From a virus (Duplodnaviria; Caudoviricetes), in the IMG/VR virus record IMGVR_UViG_3300020045_005409, positions 1-38,341 of that record: a stretch of DNA of 38,341 bases, one strand, 5' to 3'. Shown piece after piece: positions 33,938 to 38,341 of the stretch. Positions within the stretch are counted from its first letter, which is position 1, and every line of letters begins with the position of its first letter. The notes under the pieces were generated by a model. The model saw only the letters and a program-made list of their open reading frames with translations. It searched no databases and had not been told where the DNA came from. A program made the position numbers and the translations under genes.

Positions 33938-34681
33938 TTAGTCGATACAAAGTTCTACAGGTACTGGTACGCCTGAGTCGTTAGCTTGCATAGCTCTACC
34001 GACGGTGTTGCATTTACCAGTTCCCGCTACGTTTACACCTACATACCCAGCGGTTGCACCTGGTACTCCGACGTCTGAACCTGCGGCGAATGTCGAACTG
34101 TCTGAATAGACTGCGGCTACACCCTTGGTCTGAAGCCATCCATATTCTCCGGAAGCGACTGGGTAGATAGCTACACCAGCGACTGTGGCAGTAAGAGTTG
34201 TGGCGGCTTTGACGACTCCACTCCATGGACTCCTACGAAGAGTCACTTTAGTGGAAGTGGTCCAAGCAGTTGCTAGAGGCCTATCTAGAGTGAACACCAA
34301 TGCTGCACCAGAACCACCAGTGGTGTGTCCGGTGATGGTGTATTCATTTCCCACATCTGGGGTAACTCTTACACAAACCGTGCCACCGTTGAAGTCACCT
34401 GCGGCGACAGTTGTGGTTCCGTTAGTGATGTTAACAGTTTGCTCAGCTCCACCAGTTGCAATTGCACTTGCGGTCACAGCCATGTTATTGAACTGGGTAT
34501 CGATAACTGGACCCTGGTACACATCTCCGACCACCAATAGTTCACCGGCTCTTACATACCTAAATGCTTTACCGTGTTTACCGTACAGCAACTGACCTAA
34601 CTCATAGTGATAGTCTGGTTGTGTGCTGGAGCTATATAGGTTTGCATTAGAGATTACTCCTGTACCTGTTATTTGTGCCAT
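33938..34681 (-). CDS. Capsid decoration/cement-like protein
   Basis: Directly after the MCP; GKAFRYVRAG, YGWLQTKG motifs. Confidence 0.6.
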   Translation of the reverse strand: MAQITGTGVISNANLYSSSTQPDYHYELGQLLYGKHGKAFRYVRAGELLVVGDVYQGPVIDTQFNNMAVTASAIATGGAEQTVNITNGTTTVAAGDFNGGTVCVRVTPDVGNEYTITGHTTGGSGAALVFTLDRPLATAWTTSTKVTLRRSPWSGVVKAATTLTATVAGVAIYPVASGEYGWLQTKGVAAVYSDSSTFAAGSDVGVPGATAGYVGVNVAGTGKCNTVGRAMQANDSGVPVPVELCID

Positions 34682-34711
34682 ATGTTTTTATTAGTTTGTT
34701 TGTAAATAATA

Positions 34712-35806
34712 TTAGACACTTGTAATACCAGTTAACCTACCATTTCGGCGTGATTCCCATGCACACATCTGTCCAATGACGTAGAAGCGACCGATGGTTC
34801 CCGCTTGGTTAGGCAAGATCATATCTTTCTGATAGAACCAACCATTGTATTCAGATGGCATATCGAGTGAATCTGCACCTACGGATTCGTAAGCCTTAGC
34901 TGTTCCTAGGTTAACTTTCTCAACCATACCCTTGTATTTAGCAGGTACTATTGATCGACCGACCCAACCAAAGGAGTCTTCATTCAAGAAGAGCAAGTAA
35001 CCAGGTGTACAGAAGTCATCGGCGATGATTGGCTTGCTTCTGTATTGAATAGAATTGAAGCCTGCACCGTTCTGAGCTTTATCACCACGATTGACACTGT
35101 TTGCTCTTATACCCAGTCTGTCATACCCAACGGCATCGTATGTTTGACGTACGTTTGGCTGAAGAAGCTGTTCGTAGAGACTGAACACGGCTTTGGTGGT
35201 TACACCAATATTGGTGTTGGATGGCATGAGGGATGCTGCACGAGTAGCATCATCAAGAGTCGCCATCTTGGCGAGGGTCAATGACCCACCAGAAGCTGTA
35301 TCAGTAGCATTCAATTGAGAATAGGTTGCACGAGATTGACCACCGATTGTTCCAGTGTCCTCAACGATGATACCAAGACCGTTGGGTCTGTTAGCAGTAC
35401 CGTCAGCGTATACAGCAGAACCGAGGCGTTGCAAAGCTTCTGCGGCGGCTTTCTCATATTTGAACACGTCAAGGTTGATGGTTGCGGTTGAACCCACGTT
35501 AGCGAAATCCTCAAGCATGATACCGACCTTTGGCTGGGTGAATGCTGTGTGTGCATAACTTAGTACGATGGTCGTGTTGGTAGCAGAACCGTTGAGGGTC
35601 TCAAGACCTACGAAGAACTCACCTTGAGTGTCAGCAACTACATCGACGGTGTAATCCATCGTCTTGCCTTCCATCTGTTCACCCTTGGACATGACACGAG
35701 AGTAAAAAGTGGGAGCGTTCAAAATGTTGTCAACTACCTTTGCGTGTAGTTTTCTTTCATTGAAGTTATCTACTCTGTTTCCGTATTGAATTCCGTCGTA
35801 TGCCAT
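34712..35806 (-). CDS. Major capsid protein
   Basis: 364 aa after the scaffold; KVVDNIL, DGT..PNGL, IGGQSRATY, GFNSIQYRSKPIIAD, RRNGRLTGI. Confidence 0.85.
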   Translation of the reverse strand: MAYDGIQYGNRVDNFNERKLHAKVVDNILNAPTFYSRVMSKGEQMEGKTMDYTVDVVADTQGEFFVGLETLNGSATNTTIVLSYAHTAFTQPKVGIMLEDFANVGSTATINLDVFKYEKAAAEALQRLGSAVYADGTANRPNGLGIIVEDTGTIGGQSRATYSQLNATDTASGGSLTLAKMATLDDATRAASLMPSNTNIGVTTKAVFSLYEQLLQPNVRQTYDAVGYDRLGIRANSVNRGDKAQNGAGFNSIQYRSKPIIADDFCTPGYLLFLNEDSFGWVGRSIVPAKYKGMVEKVNLGTAKAYESVGADSLDMPSEYNGWFYQKDMILPNQAGTIGRFYVIGQMCAWESRRNGRLTGITSV

Positions 35807-35838
35807 ATTTGGTTTTTGTTTTTTATAATAGTAAGCAT

Positions 35839-35899
35839 AAAAAAAGCCACCCGGTTAGGGGCGGCTTATATTAGCCTACTTTAGTTAGGAAGAATTTTA
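35839..35899 (-). promoter_or_regulatory. Late promoter-leader-terminator element 6 (variant, before MCP)
   Basis: TAAAAT...GTA-GGCT-AATATA-AGCC-GCCC CTAACC GGGTGGC T7. Confidence 0.75.
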
Positions 35900-35918
35900 C
35901 ATCCGTGTGGATGGTGTG

Positions 35919-36479
35919 TCAAGAAGACTTACGAAGGAAAGTACCGAACAGTCTCTTGGCCGCATCCTCATAGGCCTCGCTGGCTTCAATCGCTGTTAAA
36001 TAATGACCTAAGTGAATATTTTTACCGTCTTTTCTAATTTTGGCACGGAACATGCCGTTCTTTCGTCTCATCTCCACCCCCCGATACCCGGTTGTATTAT
36101 TTTTATTCATCTTTCTATTCCTCATATTCTCGGCATGAGTACACACCCTTAAGTTTTCTTTCCTACAATCCAATGGATTACCGTTAACGTGGTCTATTTC
36201 ATCACTCCCCTTATACCCCAGGACAAACCAATACAGCATGACCATTTTTTCTACCCGCTTGTACATCCTAACCTCTCCAGACACAGTTGTATATTTAGCA
36301 GTCTTTATCACATTGGTGAATTTACATGTTGGTTCCCAGGTAGAACCGTTAAATCTCCTGTGTGGATAAAGACAGCCGGACTTAGATTTGAAGAAGCGCC
36401 ATTTAAATTGAGATATGCGGTCATAATCGTCACTGTCTACCGTAGCAGACACGTCCCTACCAAGCGGTATAAGTTCCAT
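35919..36479 (-). CDS. HNH-AP2 homing endonuclease
   Basis: IDHVNGNPLDCRKENLR; NTTGYRGV...HLGHYLTAIEASEAY. Confidence 0.9.
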   Translation of the reverse strand: MELIPLGRDVSATVDSDDYDRISQFKWRFFKSKSGCLYPHRRFNGSTWEPTCKFTNVIKTAKYTTVSGEVRMYKRVEKMVMLYWFVLGYKGSDEIDHVNGNPLDCRKENLRVCTHAENMRNRKMNKNNTTGYRGVEMRRKNGMFRAKIRKDGKNIHLGHYLTAIEASEAYEDAAKRLFGTFLRKSS

Positions 36480-37282
36480 TACCTTTTACCAAAGAACGAC
36501 CAGGGTCTCTTCAGCTCTCTATAGTCAATCTCTTCGTTGTCGTTAGGTGAGCTGTTACCCTTACCCATAGTCACGGGCGCATCTGCCCCTGCTGGTTGAG
36601 CGCTTGGTCTCTTATAGTGAAACGCATACACCTCTTTGATCGAGTAAACAGGTGGCTTACCCTCAGCTATCCTCTTGTTATTAGTCTCCTGCATGGCTGT
36701 AAACAAGGCTTTTCTCTCCAAGACACCTTGATCGTTAGGATTGTCTTTGTCTTTTATGGCTGTCAGCTTACCGTCGTCATACAGCTCCTTGAGTTGCATA
36801 TCCACCACATCGTTGTACTTCTTGATCTGTTCTTCCTCAATACGCTTGGTCTCGGCTTCTGCTTTAGATCTTTGCTCTTCAGCTAATCTTTGCTTATCTT
36901 CTAGTGCTTGAAGTGCTCTCTCGGTAGCATTCTTCTCTATCTCTCTAAAAGCATCCTCCCATGTCGGCTCCTTACCCTCGGCCTTAGCCTTATCTAGATA
37001 TTCTTTAGCGGGGTCATAGTTCTTCTTAGCTTCTTCTTTTAACCTATCTTCCTCTGCCTCTAGTCTGGCTTTCTCAGCTTCTTGTTGAGCTAATATCACC
37101 TTATCCGCCGTTTCTTTGGCAACCTGCTCAGCAAGAGCTTTAGGATCTAGTTCTTCTTCTTTTTCTACTTCTGTGTCTTCGGGGGCTTGTACTTCTTCTT
37201 TCTCTTCAACATCGGGCTTGTGCAAGTCTGAGTATGAATAACCAACTTCTTCGACCTCTACATTTGGCTTTATATCATCCAT
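36479..37282 (-). CDS. Capsid scaffolding protein
   Basis: Acidic helical protein between portal and MCP; TGATAAAAT promoter 9 nt upstream. Confidence 0.75.
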   Translation of the reverse strand: MDDIKPNVEVEEVGYSYSDLHKPDVEEKEEVQAPEDTEVEKEEELDPKALAEQVAKETADKVILAQQEAEKARLEAEEDRLKEEAKKNYDPAKEYLDKAKAEGKEPTWEDAFREIEKNATERALQALEDKQRLAEEQRSKAEAETKRIEEEQIKKYNDVVDMQLKELYDDGKLTAIKDKDNPNDQGVLERKALFTAMQETNNKRIAEGKPPVYSIKEVYAFHYKRPSAQPAGADAPVTMGKGNSSPNDNEEIDYRELKRPWSFFGKR

Positions 37283-37297
37283 ATACGGCCAATTTTA

Positions 37298-38221
37298 TCA
37301 CAGTGAAGATGGTGAAGCGGGTACTCCTATGGGTGGTTGAGGGGTAGCACTAGTGTCCATAGGAGATGGTCCTTGTGGTGCTGGAGCGCCCCCAGGAGGT
37401 GGAGGAGGGGCCATCTGCCCATCAGGTGGCGTACCATTCAAGGCTTGACCCATCTGCTGTACGTTATCCATACCCATCACGTACTTAACCATGTACCCCA
37501 TGGGATCGGTAGTGAATAGCATCATCTTCTGAGTCCTGCCCTCTGGATCGGTCATACCCATGTCCTCGTAGAAAGTCATCGGATCGATCATCTTTAGTTT
37601 AGCCATCTCCATAGCATTACGTTGTGCCTTGAGCTTATCGGTTGAAGAAGACTTTATCATAACTTCCATACCGTCCTCGATCATGTCGCTTCGTAACCTC
37701 ACATAGACCATAGAGCCTTTTGCTCCCAACACCTGCCTTAGATGTTCCTCTGTATACCTAAGCTTAATGAACTGCATCTGCCACTGAGCCATCCACTCTG
37801 AGCAGGTGTTGATCGTATCCATTACTAAATCATCAGCTCTAGTGAAGTCTGCTTCACGAGCTATCTGGTTACTGGTGGCCACATCAGACTGCAAGTCACC
37901 ACGAATGGCGTTAGCACCGGCCATAGAGAACATCCTTTGTCTCGTTATATCCACGTTGTTGAACTGGGCCGCATCTGGCCTCTCAGGGACAATCGCCTTG
38001 TGAACATCGTTAAGGTTGCCATGCACTAAAGCATCCAACTTGGGATTATCTAGGTCCAGCATTTGTACAGCCGCGGCGTCCATACCGCTTTCCTGGCTCC
38101 ATATGTGTTTAGTTCTAGATTTCAGAGTGTCTACAATCTGTTTCTCCTGGGTATCTATGCCTTCTTGGTTACGTAAGTTCTGTTCTATACGTGAGGTTTC
38201 GTCATAAGGAATCTTGCCCCA
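37298..38221 (-). CDS. Portal protein, C-terminal part (frame broken near the window end)
   Basis: Position before the scaffold; ATSNQIARE, IKLRYTEEH, IDPMTFYEDM, P/Q-rich tail; in-frame stops just above 38275. Confidence 0.75.
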   Translation of the reverse strand, partial: WGKIPYDETSRIEQNLRNQEGIDTQEKQIVDTLKSRTKHIWSQESGMDAAAVQMLDLDNPKLDALVHGNLNDVHKAIVPERPDAAQFNNVDITRQRMFSMAGANAIRGDLQSDVATSNQIAREADFTRADDLVMDTINTCSEWMAQWQMQFIKLRYTEEHLRQVLGAKGSMVYVRLRSDMIEDGMEVMIKSSSTDKLKAQRNAMEMAKLKMIDPMTFYEDMGMTDPEGRTQKMMLFTTDPMGYMVKYVMGMDNVQQMGQALNGTPPDGQMAPPPPPGGAPAPQGPSPMDTSATPQPPIGVPASPSSL

Positions 38222-38341
38222 CCGCCAAGAAAGAAGAATCTGCTGACCTAGCAGAACCTGAATACAACCCAGCACTATCAGAAGTGCCCACTAAGGATGG
38301 TGAAACGTCAGACAAGTGGGAAAGAATAGAGGGGGTTGTGT

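Noticed and set aside
15744-35899. Leader repeats as a CRISPR array, or as simple terminators of upstream genes
   Set aside because: They are dispersed with no spacers or cas genes. Each terminator has its own -10 box at similar spacing and a conserved overlapping mini-hairpin, which plain terminators do not need.
1-38341. Stop-codon reassignment
   Set aside because: Conserved genes are full length under code 11, and TAA, TAG and TGA all end genes with tight overlaps.

Overview
The window is a nearly complete genome of a tailed dsDNA phage with podovirus-like morphogenesis genes. It starts inside the large terminase gene and ends inside the portal gene, which are normally neighbours. The left minus-strand arm carries terL, terS, two small genes and a full groES-groEL pair. 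The plus-strand early region (3.8-13.6 kb) carries an HTH regulator, a mostly non-coding module (attenuator, ~330-nt structured RNA, phased repeats, AT-rich tract) that may be the origin, a Rad52/Sak-like annealase, a two-domain ncRNA with a tRNA-Leu(UAG)-like cloverleaf, a lytic transglycosylase, an HNH-AP2 nuclease and a VRR-NUC nuclease. The minus-strand late region (13.6-38.3 kb) carries portal, scaffold, HNH-AP2, major capsid, many fibre/decoration proteins, adaptor, a nozzle with nested LamG/Gly-rich inserts, ejection proteins and lysis genes. The most striking feature is a family of six late-gene leaders: a -10 box, then a 4-bp hairpin with a conserved RMUAUA hexaloop and compensatory stem changes, overlapping an intrinsic terminator placed just before the start codon. 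This looks like a dispersed antitermination regulon. No polymerase, helicase, primase, integrase or reverse transcriptase was recognised. Sigma70-type promoters with scarce Shine-Dalgarno sites suggest a Patescibacteria (CPR)-like host, which is inference only. All family assignments come from motif recognition by eye, not from database searches.
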